Below, in pieces: positions 56,992 to 64,000 of a DNA stretch of 64,000 nucleotides; the stretch's first letter is position 1; each line of letters starts with the position of its first letter. Origin of the DNA: Bryobacteraceae bacterium (GTDB lineage: Bacteria; Acidobacteriota; Terriglobia; Bryobacterales; Bryobacteraceae); assembly GCA_035575135.1 (NCBI GenBank), contig DATLYE010000057.1, forward strand, positions 13,961 through 77,960. Direction: 5' to 3'. Made by a program: the position numbers and the translations under genes. Under the pieces are notes generated by a model, which saw only the letters and a list, made by a program, of their open reading frames with translations, was not told the origin of the DNA and searched no databases.

Positions 56992-58275
56992 TTAGCGCAG
57001 CACGGCCAGCAGTTCACCGGTCTGGCGGAGCAGATCGAGCTGGGCCCGTTCCAGGGCATACTGGCTGTCGAAGAGCGCAATCCATTTTTCGTGCTCGGTG
57101 AATCGTGCCTCCTCGACCTGGCGCAGCGAGGCGCGCCCCTCCTCCATCTGGGCCAGCAGCAGGGACAGCTGCGCTCGCGCGACTTCGAGATCCAGGCGGG
57201 CCACCTCTCGTGCGGCCTGCGCTTCCCGAACCTGCTGCCACAGGCGCCGGGTTTCGACGACGATGCGCCGGCGCACGCGTTCCAGTTCGATGCGCAGGCG
57301 GGCTGCGTCGGCGGCCGCCTGAGCCTCCAGGGCCGAGCTGGCGGAACTGCGGAAGGCGGGGATTTGGAAGGCAAAGCCGATCTGCCCGTTGTGCCGCTGG
57401 AATTTGCGGAAGAAATCCTCGTAGTTGTTAAAGCGGCCGAGCACGGAATACTGCGCCACCAGATCCACGCGCGGAAGTCGCTCGGCTTGATGGGACCGGA
57501 TTTCGTAGTTCTTGGCGCGGAGGGAAGCATCAAGGCGGCGCAGTTCGAGACTGTGATCCAGCGCCGCTTGCACGGCCGCTTGTTCCGTGTCCGGCAGCGG
57601 CCAGGGTTTCCGATCCTCGAGGATCAGATCCAGCGGCTCATCGGGGTCCAACCCCAGGACCGTGGCAAGAAGGCCGATCCGGTAGGCGCGCTCGGCCTCG
57701 AGCGCCGCCAAGCGCTGGCGCGCGCGGGCCAGATTGAGTGCGGCACGGCTGGCCTCGATGGGCAGTTCACGGCCCTCGGAGACGCGCAGACGCGTGACCT
57801 GGCCGGCTCGCTCGAGGCTTTCCACCTGGCGGCGGGCTGACTCGAGCAGCCGCGAGGCTCGTTCCGCTTCCAGGAAAAGCACCGCCGCCCGGTGCGCCGC
57901 GTCCTCACGTCGGGCCGCCACGTCCAGCGCCGCTCCCCGGGCCGTTTCCCGCGCCTGGTCCACCCGGAACTTTTGCGGCCGGTTGAAGACAAACTGCACG
58001 GCCTGGGCCTGGAAGATCGAGGGCGCGGAGCCCTCGATGCTGAGCGGGAAGCCGTTGCTGTAGGCCAGGCCGCTGCCGCCGGCGATCTTCGGCAGAAACG
58101 GATCCCGGGCCACTCGGACGGCTTCGCGGGCCTTGCGTTCCTCCAGTCCGGCGAGCAGTACGTCGGCGTTCCGTTCGACGGCGAGCGCAACAGCCTGCTC
58201 GAGGGTCAACGTGCGCGGCTGGGCTCCGGCGGCCCAAGCGGTCATGAGGAAAACCAGAGACAAGCGCTTTGACAT
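56992..58275 (-). CDS. TolC-family outer membrane efflux protein
   Basis: Signal peptide. LTLEQAVALAVERNADVLLA start. Duplicated OEP repeat with coiled helices (..ARAQLSLLLAQMEEGRASLRQVEEA..YALERAQLDLLRQTG). Confidence 0.85.
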   Translation of the reverse strand: MSKRLSLVFLMTAWAAGAQPRTLTLEQAVALAVERNADVLLAGLEERKAREAVRVARDPFLPKIAGGSGLAYSNGFPLSIEGSAPSIFQAQAVQFVFNRPQKFRVDQARETARGAALDVAARREDAAHRAAVLFLEAERASRLLESARRQVESLERAGQVTRLRVSEGRELPIEASRAALNLARARQRLAALEAERAYRIGLLATVLGLDPDEPLDLILEDRKPWPLPDTEQAAVQAALDHSLELRRLDASLRAKNYEIRSHQAERLPRVDLVAQYSVLGRFNNYEDFFRKFQRHNGQIGFAFQIPAFRSSASSALEAQAAADAARLRIELERVRRRIVVETRRLWQQVREAQAAREVARLDLEVARAQLSLLLAQMEEGRASLRQVEEARFTEHEKWIALFDSQYALERAQLDLLRQTGELLAVLR

Positions 58276-58308
58276 ATTCCGATTGTGGACCGGGAAGGGG
58301 CAAGCCGG

Positions 58309-59163
58309 CTAGCCGCGGGCCGCCCGTTCGAGCAGCTTGCGGGCCTCCCGGCGTGGGGGATCGTCCGGGGTGAGCTCGGCCTCCAGATAGCGCTCCAGCA
58401 GGCGCCGGGCCGCCGCCAGATTCCGTCCGGTTTCAATCCACGCCGCGGCGCGAGAAAACCATACCCGAGGACTGTCGGGCGCCACCTTTTGCGCGCGCTC
58501 GAAGGCCTCGTCGCTCTCCGGATGGCGGCCTTGGCGGGCCAGGAACCGCGCCAGATCGATCCAGCGTCCCGGCTTGGAGGGTTCGAGCTCCGCCGCGCGG
58601 CGGTACTCCTTCTCGGCGGTGGAAAAGTCCTTCCGCTTCTCCGCCAGACGTGCCAGGGCCCAGTGGTATTCGGCGGGATCGAGTTTGGCGAAGCGCCCTG
58701 CCAGGGCCTCGGCTTTTTCGAGCCCTCCTCCCAGAATGCCGGGTGCTTCCAGATAGTATTCAAACAGATCGCTGAGAGCTTCGAGGTTGCCCGGATCCAG
58801 TTCGACGGCTTTTTCGAAACTCCTGCGAGCCTTGTTGGCGTAACCCGGGGCCGTCAGGAAACTGGAGGTTTCGGCGCGGCGGCCCCAGGCTTTGCCGAGC
58901 CAATCGTGGTAGACAGAGTTGGCGGGTTCGGCCTGAACCGCACGTTCGAAGGCCGCGACGGCCTTCTTGTAGTCGCCCAGCATGTACCAGCACCGGCCGA
59001 GGAGGTGATGGACTTCGGCGGAGCGCTCGCCAGAGGTCTCAAGCAAGCGGATGGCTTCTTCGTACTGCGTTTTCTGATAGAGCGCCCGTGCCTGCTGCAC
59101 AGCGGTCGTAGCCGCGCTGAGGAGAACGGTTGCGGAAAACCAGAGAAGGGCCCGGCGCCTCAT
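58309..59163 (-). CDS. Secreted TPR-repeat protein (284 aa)
   Basis: Signal peptide MRRRALLWFSATVLLSAATTA. TPR units (YEEAIRLLE.., HHLLGRCWYMLGDYKKAVAAFERAVQAEP..). Confidence 0.8.
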   Translation of the reverse strand: MRRRALLWFSATVLLSAATTAVQQARALYQKTQYEEAIRLLETSGERSAEVHHLLGRCWYMLGDYKKAVAAFERAVQAEPANSVYHDWLGKAWGRRAETSSFLTAPGYANKARRSFEKAVELDPGNLEALSDLFEYYLEAPGILGGGLEKAEALAGRFAKLDPAEYHWALARLAEKRKDFSTAEKEYRRAAELEPSKPGRWIDLARFLARQGRHPESDEAFERAQKVAPDSPRVWFSRAAAWIETGRNLAAARRLLERYLEAELTPDDPPRREARKLLERAARG

Positions 59164-59295
59164 AGAGGCTGCTCAGATTGTAGCAGGCCTGGAACATTGC
59201 CGCGCCTGAGAGTCTTGTACAATGAGAAAGTAGTGACCGGTTCGGCCGGCACGTTCCGGTATCCCGCAATTCTCACAACAGACACGAGGATGGGT

Positions 59296-59607
59296 ATGTA
59301 CGCAGTGATTCAGACGGGCGGCAAGCAGTACCGTGTGAGCCCGGGAGAAAAAATCAGGGTCGAAAAGCTTCCAGGAGCGGTGGGCGCTGAGGTTGAATTT
59401 GACCAGGTGCTGGCGGTGGTCAAGGAACCGGGCCACGTGCTGGCCGGCGCAGAAGCAGGCGGCGCCAAGGTGCGCGGCGTGATCACCGCGCAGGGCCGGG
59501 GAGAGAAGGTGGTGGTTTTCAAGTTCAAGCGGAAGAAGCAGTACAAGCGCACGATCGGTCACCGCCAGGCGTACACGGAAGTTCGCGTGAGCGAAATTGT
59601 GACCTGA
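59296..59607 (+). CDS. rplU: 50S ribosomal protein L21
   Basis: MYAVIQTGGKQYRVSPGEKI.. and the C-terminal HRQAYTEVRV. ATG 59290 (MGMYAV) is an alternative start. Confidence 0.96.
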   Translation: MYAVIQTGGKQYRVSPGEKIRVEKLPGAVGAEVEFDQVLAVVKEPGHVLAGAEAGGAKVRGVITAQGRGEKVVVFKFKRKKQYKRTIGHRQAYTEVRVSEIVT

Positions 59608-59619
59608 GGAGAGCAGAAC

Positions 59620-59895
59620 ATGGCGCACAAAAAGGGGCTCGGCAGTTCGAGGAACGGTCGCGATTCGCATTCCCAGCGGCTGGGAATCAAAGCATTCAGC
59701 GGGGAATTCGTGCCGGGCGGAGCGATTCTGGTCCGGCAGCGCGGCACGCGCTACAAGCCCGGCGAGAACGTGGGGCGCGGCAAAGACGACACGTTGTTTG
59801 CCCGTATCCCGGGCATCGTGGCGTTCCGTGATCGCGGGCGCCTCGGCAAGTTCGTCAGCGTCATTCCGGCTGCGCCTCCGGCTGCGGCGGACTGA
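59620..59895 (+). CDS. rpmA: 50S ribosomal protein L27
   Basis: [50 protein letters not shown]. Confidence 0.97.
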   Translation: MAHKKGLGSSRNGRDSHSQRLGIKAFSGEFVPGGAILVRQRGTRYKPGENVGRGKDDTLFARIPGIVAFRDRGRLGKFVSVIPAAPPAAAD

Positions 59896-59960
59896 TCTTT
59901 CTCCGCGCGCCACGCTTTCGCGGTCCCGTTCCCCCGCCGCCCCGGGAAACCGACGTTTGC

Positions 59961-60998
59961 ATGTTTGTTGACGAAGTCACCATTCGCGTCAAGGCCGGGG
60001 ACGGAGGGAATGGTTGTGTTGCGTTCCGGCGGGAAAAGTATGTGCCGCGCGGCGGTCCGAGCGGGGGTGACGGGGGCCGGGGCGGAGACGTAATCCTGGT
60101 TTCCTCAGAGCATTACAATACCCTGCTTCATTTCCGCTTCGATCCGGAGCACCGCGCCGAGCGGGGCCGGCACGGGGAAGGGAGCAACCGAGCCGGCCGG
60201 GACGGGGCTTCCGTCGAGCTGCCCGTGCCCGTGGGCACGCTGGTTTATGATGCTGCTACGGGGGAACTCCTCCATGACTTCACAAGCCCGGGCGAGCGTT
60301 TCGTCGTGGCCCGTGGCGGGCGTGGCGGGCGGGGCAATGCCCGGTTCGCCACCTCACGGCGGCAAGCGCCGCGGTTTGCCGAACCCGGCCAACCGGGTGA
60401 GGAGCGCGTGCTGCGGCTGGAGTTGAAGCTCCTCGCCGATGTGGGCCTGGTCGGTTTCCCGAACGCAGGCAAGTCCACACTGATCTCGCGTATCTCCGCA
60501 GCTCGTCCGAAGGTCGCCGACTATCCCTTCACCACGCTCGAGCCGCACCTGGGAGTGGTATCGGTGGACGGGTACCGCACGTTTGTCGTGGCGGACATTC
60601 CTGGCCTGATCGAAGGCGCGCACGAGGGCCACGGACTGGGAATCCGATTCCTGCGGCACATTGAACGCACCCGCCTGCTCGCGCACCTGGTGGACGTCTC
60701 CGAGGCCAGTGGGCGTGATCCCGTACGCGATTTCCAGATCGTCATGGGGGAGCTCGAGAGTTTCAGCCCACTACTGACGGCGAAGCCCATGCTCCTGGTT
60801 GCCACCAAGCTCGATATTGCGCAGGATCCGCGCCGGCTGGAGGCCTTACGCCATCTGGCGGAGGAACGCGGCCTGCCGTTCTACGCGATCTCCAGCGTGA
60901 CCGGGGAAGGGATCGAGGCGCTCAAGCGCGCCATGGCGGGTGCGGTGCTGGAAGCCACAGAAGCGGTCGGATCGGCTCAGCGCATACAGCAGGATTGA
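59961..60998 (+). CDS. obg: GTPase Obg/CgtA
   Basis: [45 protein letters not shown]1 motif [11 protein letters not shown]3 motif DIPGLIEGA. Confidence 0.96.
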   Translation: MFVDEVTIRVKAGDGGNGCVAFRREKYVPRGGPSGGDGGRGGDVILVSSEHYNTLLHFRFDPEHRAERGRHGEGSNRAGRDGASVELPVPVGTLVYDAATGELLHDFTSPGERFVVARGGRGGRGNARFATSRRQAPRFAEPGQPGEERVLRLELKLLADVGLVGFPNAGKSTLISRISAARPKVADYPFTTLEPHLGVVSVDGYRTFVVADIPGLIEGAHEGHGLGIRFLRHIERTRLLAHLVDVSEASGRDPVRDFQIVMGELESFSPLLTAKPMLLVATKLDIAQDPRRLEALRHLAEERGLPFYAISSVTGEGIEALKRAMAGAVLEATEAVGSAQRIQQD

Positions 60999-62137
60999 GT
61001 GGAAATCAACGCCGCGGGAGAGATCGGGCGGGCGGCGGCGAAGAAGTTCTTTTCCGAAAGGCGCCGGTAGACATTTCCGGCGATTTCGGCCGCTGTCGGC
61101 CCGCTGACACCGCGCCCTCCGGTCAGCAGCACGACGACGGTGAGCTTGTTGTGCCCCACGTCGTTAAAGGAACCGAACCAGCCCAGGTGGACCCGGTTTT
61201 CCGTGCAGGTTCCGGTCTTGCCGAGCACGGGCTCGGTGGGATCGTACGCGGCTTTGCGCGCCGTTCCATATTCGACGGCCGCCATCAATCCCTCCTTGAT
61301 GTCGTTGAGCCAGGGGCCGATGTTCAGATGGCGCTTGACGCGGGGGACAAGGTTGTCGGCCTCCTCCTGCGAGCGGGGATACTGCAGGTAGTACAGCGTG
61401 CCGCCGTTGGCGATGGCGGAAAGCAGGGCTGCCAGCTGGAGGGGGGTCATGGAAATACCCTCTCCGAAGCTTGCCATCATCCCCACTCCGCCAGGGGGCG
61501 GGGCTTCGGGCAACATGCCGGGTTGTTCCCCCTCGATGTTCAGTCCCGCCGGCTCGCCGAGTCCGAACAGGCGGGCGTAGTAGAGGAGGCGCTCGAAACC
61601 CAGCTTGACGCCGAGGGCGGCGAAGAAGGGATTGTCGGAGCGCGCCATCGCCTCGACCAGGTTCATCCTCCGGCGGCCTCCGACGCGAATCAGAGTGTTT
61701 CGCTCAATTAACCCTTCCATCAAGGCTGCCAGGGCCACAGGGATCTTGACGGTGGAACAAGGTTGGAAGCCGCTTTTCAGGATGAGCTTCTGATTGACCA
61801 TCGTGAGGATGCGTCCGGTCGAGGGATCCACGACCACGACCGAGCCGTTATAAGGACCCAGGGCCTCGACCGCCGCCAGCCGCACGACCAGGTCTTCCCC
61901 GTCCACGCTATCCCCGGCGGTTGAGTCGGCAAACGTCGGTTCCGTCCAGGGGCTCGCTCTGCGTGCGCGGCGTACTCTCTTGCGGGGCGTTTTCTTCTGA
62001 GCTGCGTCTCGCACCGCGACCGGGTTACCGGTCTTTGCAGGGGCGGCCGCGGTTCTCTTGCGCTTGGCCGCCTCCAGCGGGAAGGTCAGCAGAACCAGCA
62101 GGCAAAGAAAAACAAGAGCAAGCCTTCGCGTACGCAT
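60977..62137 (-). CDS. Penicillin-binding transpeptidase-domain protein (membrane-anchored, no obvious dimerisation domain)
   Basis: N-terminal anchor followed by a very basic linker. SxxK (CSTVKIP), SxN (RSDNPFF) and KTG (GKTGT) motifs. The 3' end overlaps obg by 22 nt (convergent). Confidence 0.8.
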   Translation of the reverse strand: MRTRRLALVFLCLLVLLTFPLEAAKRKRTAAAPAKTGNPVAVRDAAQKKTPRKRVRRARRASPWTEPTFADSTAGDSVDGEDLVVRLAAVEALGPYNGSVVVVDPSTGRILTMVNQKLILKSGFQPCSTVKIPVALAALMEGLIERNTLIRVGGRRRMNLVEAMARSDNPFFAALGVKLGFERLLYYARLFGLGEPAGLNIEGEQPGMLPEAPPPGGVGMMASFGEGISMTPLQLAALLSAIANGGTLYYLQYPRSQEEADNLVPRVKRHLNIGPWLNDIKEGLMAAVEYGTARKAAYDPTEPVLGKTGTCTENRVHLGWFGSFNDVGHNKLTVVVLLTGGRGVSGPTAAEIAGNVYRRLSEKNFFAAARPISPAALISTQSCCMR

Positions 62138-62259
62138 CGTTGGATTGTGCCCGGAGCGCCACGGAGGAGCGCCGCGTCAATTCTACCCACTTGTATTGTG
62201 CTGAATCGTCCTGAATGCTGTCAAGGTTTAGGGCGACGCGCGGGCCCGGGTCTGCGGTC

Positions 62260-63009
62260 TCAGGCCGCCGTCCAGCCTCCATCAATCGTGAAGATGGAAC
62301 CCGTGACAAACTCCGCTTCCGGCGAAGCCAGGTACAGCGCCATGTGGGCAATCTCCTCCGGCCGTCCCATGCGTCCCACGGGCTGGCGCTGGTGGAGTTC
62401 GGCGCGGACTTTTTCCTTCTCGTGCTTGTGATACTTCTCCAGGTAGGCCTCCACGAAGGGGGTGTCCACGGTTCCGGGACAGATACAGTTGACACGGAGC
62501 TGGGTCGGGTAGTCCACGGCCAGCTGCCGCGTCATGGCGACGACGGCGCCTTTGGTGGCGCAGTAGGCGAAACGCCGCTTGACGCCCACCAGCCCCGCCA
62601 CCGAGCCGATGTTGATGATGACTCCGCGCGAGGCCAGCAACAGAGGCATGGCGTACTTGGTAACCAGATAAACGCCTTCCACATTGACGCGCAGGAGGCG
62701 CTCGAAGTCCTCGCGCGCCGTCTCTTCGACGGTTCCCACAAGGCCAATGCCCGCGTTGTTGACGAGGATGTGCAACACCTGGAGCCCCGCAAAGGCGCGC
62801 CGGACGCTCTCCTCGTCAGTGACGTCGCACTGCAGGGCGGAAGCCCGCGGCAGTGCGGCGGCCACCTGCCGGGCGCGCTCGCCGTCGAGGTCGGCCAGGA
62901 TCACCTCCGCTCCGGCGGCGGCGAAGACCCGCGCCGTCGCAGCGCCGATGCCGCTGGCGGCTCCGGTGATGAAGGCGCTGAGGCCGTCAAGGCGAAAGGT
63001 CGGGTTCAT
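62260..63009 (-). CDS. Short-chain dehydrogenase/reductase (SDR) family oxidoreductase
   Basis: TGAASGIGAATA cofactor motif, NNAG, and the catalytic YCATKGAV (YxxxK). Confidence 0.9.
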   Translation of the reverse strand: MNPTFRLDGLSAFITGAASGIGAATARVFAAAGAEVILADLDGERARQVAAALPRASALQCDVTDEESVRRAFAGLQVLHILVNNAGIGLVGTVEETAREDFERLLRVNVEGVYLVTKYAMPLLLASRGVIINIGSVAGLVGVKRRFAYCATKGAVVAMTRQLAVDYPTQLRVNCICPGTVDTPFVEAYLEKYHKHEKEKVRAELHQRQPVGRMGRPEEIAHMALYLASPEAEFVTGSIFTIDGGWTAA

Positions 63010-63061
63010 AGGGCGTCCTCTCCGGAGGAGGCGTCTGCCTTCGGCGGGCGGCTGCGGCGAG

Positions 63062-64000
63062 CTAGCCTGGGGGCAGCATCTTGGCGATGTCGTTGTACAG
63101 GACGAACACCATCAGTCCGAGCAGGAACACAAAACCGAGCTTGAAGATGGCTTCCTTGAGCTGAAGACTCAGATCGCGGCGCAGGATCATTTCGATCAAC
63201 AACATCAGGATCACGCCACCGTCCAGGATCGGAATGGGCAGCAGGTTGAGTATGGCCAGGTTCAGACTCACGGCGGCCATGAGCATGATGAACGAATACG
63301 GACCCTGCTGCGCGGCGTGGCGGGAGAGGCGGGCAATGCCGATCGGTCCCTCGATGGACTTCGGCGAAAGGCGGCGCTCCACGATGCCGTGCAGGAACTG
63401 GTAGATCAGACCGGCGTTCTTCACGTTGTGGCGCACGGATTCTGCGAGCGCCTGGCTGAAGGCCAGACGGGTGAAAGTGACCTTCGGCTCCGGTGCGACG
63501 CCGATCATCCAGCGCCGGGGCCCGTCCAGTTCCGCCAGTACGGGCTGCACGGTGATGGTCGCAGTGCGCCCGTTGCGCTTGTATTCGATCTCGACGGGCT
63601 TGCCCCCGCTGGCGCGGATGACTTCGTGCAATTTCTCCACGGAAAGAATGGGATGTCCGTTGACGGAGACGATGACGTCGCCCGGCCGGAGACCGGCTTT
63701 TTCGGCGGGCATGCCGGGCGACAGACGGCCGATTTGTATTTCCGCCACTTCAGCCCAGCCGGCATAGCCCAGCCCAGAGCGCTCGAGCAGGACAGGCGTC
63801 ACCGTAGTGTAAAACCGCTTGCCGTCGCGCTCTACTGTCACGGGCAGAGGCCGGTTGGCGTGGCTGACTTCCAGGATCGAGATGTCTTCCCAGCTGGGAT
63901 TGTTTTTCTCGCCGATACGGAGAATGCGGTCGCCCTCGCGGAGGCCTGCTTTGGCGGCGGGCGAGTCGGGCACGACGTAACCGATGACTCCGGAAAGACG
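63062..64000 (-). CDS. rseP: RIP metalloprotease RseP (M50 site-2 protease), C-terminal portion; 5' end beyond the window
   Basis: The frame stays open to nt 64000. Two PDZ domains (VVPDSPAAKAGLREGDRIL, LSPGMPAEKAGLRPGDVIV). C-terminal membrane motif LNLLPIPILDGG. Confidence 0.88.
   Translation of the reverse strand, partial: RLSGVIGYVVPDSPAAKAGLREGDRILRIGEKNNPSWEDISILEVSHANRPLPVTVERDGKRFYTTVTPVLLERSGLGYAGWAEVAEIQIGRLSPGMPAEKAGLRPGDVIVSVNGHPILSVEKLHEVIRASGGKPVEIEYKRNGRTATITVQPVLAELDGPRRWMIGVAPEPKVTFTRLAFSQALAESVRHNVKNAGLIYQFLHGIVERRLSPKSIEGPIGIARLSRHAAQQGPYSFIMLMAAVSLNLAILNLLPIPILDGGVILMLLIEMILRRDLSLQLKEAIFKLGFVFLLGLMVFVLYNDIAKMLPPG

Noticed and set aside
59197-59223. TTGCCG-N15-TACAAT as the rplU promoter
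   Set aside because: The -10 is good, but the spacer is only 15 nt and the -35 is mediocre. I cannot support it without TSS data.
1-64000. Looked for CRISPR arrays, IS elements, transposases, integrases, prophage genes, tRNA/rRNA genes and toxin-antitoxin pairs
   Set aside because: I saw no regularly spaced direct repeats, no transposase, integrase or phage-like ORFs, and no cloverleaf-like or rRNA-like segments in the intergenic regions. The only repeats found are the short ones reported above. This was a manual scan, so short or degenerate elements could have been missed.

Overview
GC-rich bacterial chromosomal segment. The gene content points to Acidobacteriota (inference only): many CarboxypepD_reg/TonB-dependent receptors, TAT-signal Gfo/Idh/MocA oxidoreductases, DUF1080, a PEP-CTERM protein and numerous TPR proteins. 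About 55 protein genes can be supported. I recognised no rRNA, tRNA, CRISPR array, IS element or integrase. Core genes: thrC; the ileS-lspA-lgt operon followed by an M3 peptidase; accB-accC with an M24 peptidase and qor; murQ-murA-rhodanese; rplU-rpmA-obg; and partial rseP. Accessory content: a sugar-utilisation cluster (GH127, two Gfo/Idh/MocA, DUF1080); two large TonB-dependent-type outer membrane proteins; a sensor kinase with a sigma54-dependent regulator; a split BadF/BcrAD-type activase pair; an ECF sigma, anti-sigma and LTXXQ triad; and a TPR-TolC-TPR operon. The most interesting region is 38.6-48.8 kb. It holds a compact Tad-type operon (cpaB-cpaC-cpaE-cpaF-tadB-tadC) with no pilin, prepilin peptidase or pseudopilin genes in the window, ending in an untracked 30-aa membrane micropeptide. 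About 100 bp downstream, on the same strand, sit a DmsE/MtrA-type decahaem cytochrome, a translationally coupled Cys-free 660-aa outer-membrane barrel (MtrB/MtoB/PioB-like position) and a 113-aa polytopic membrane protein. A second notable spot is an AT-rich islet (51.3-52.5 kb) with clustered AGTACT palindromes, a near-consensus promoter, a PEP-CTERM cargo gene and a perfect intrinsic terminator. Most long ORFs in the track that lie antisense to recognisable genes are high-GC artefacts and were rejected. Several start codons were moved downstream of the track starts, using signal peptides, SD sequences and ATGA/TGATG overlaps.
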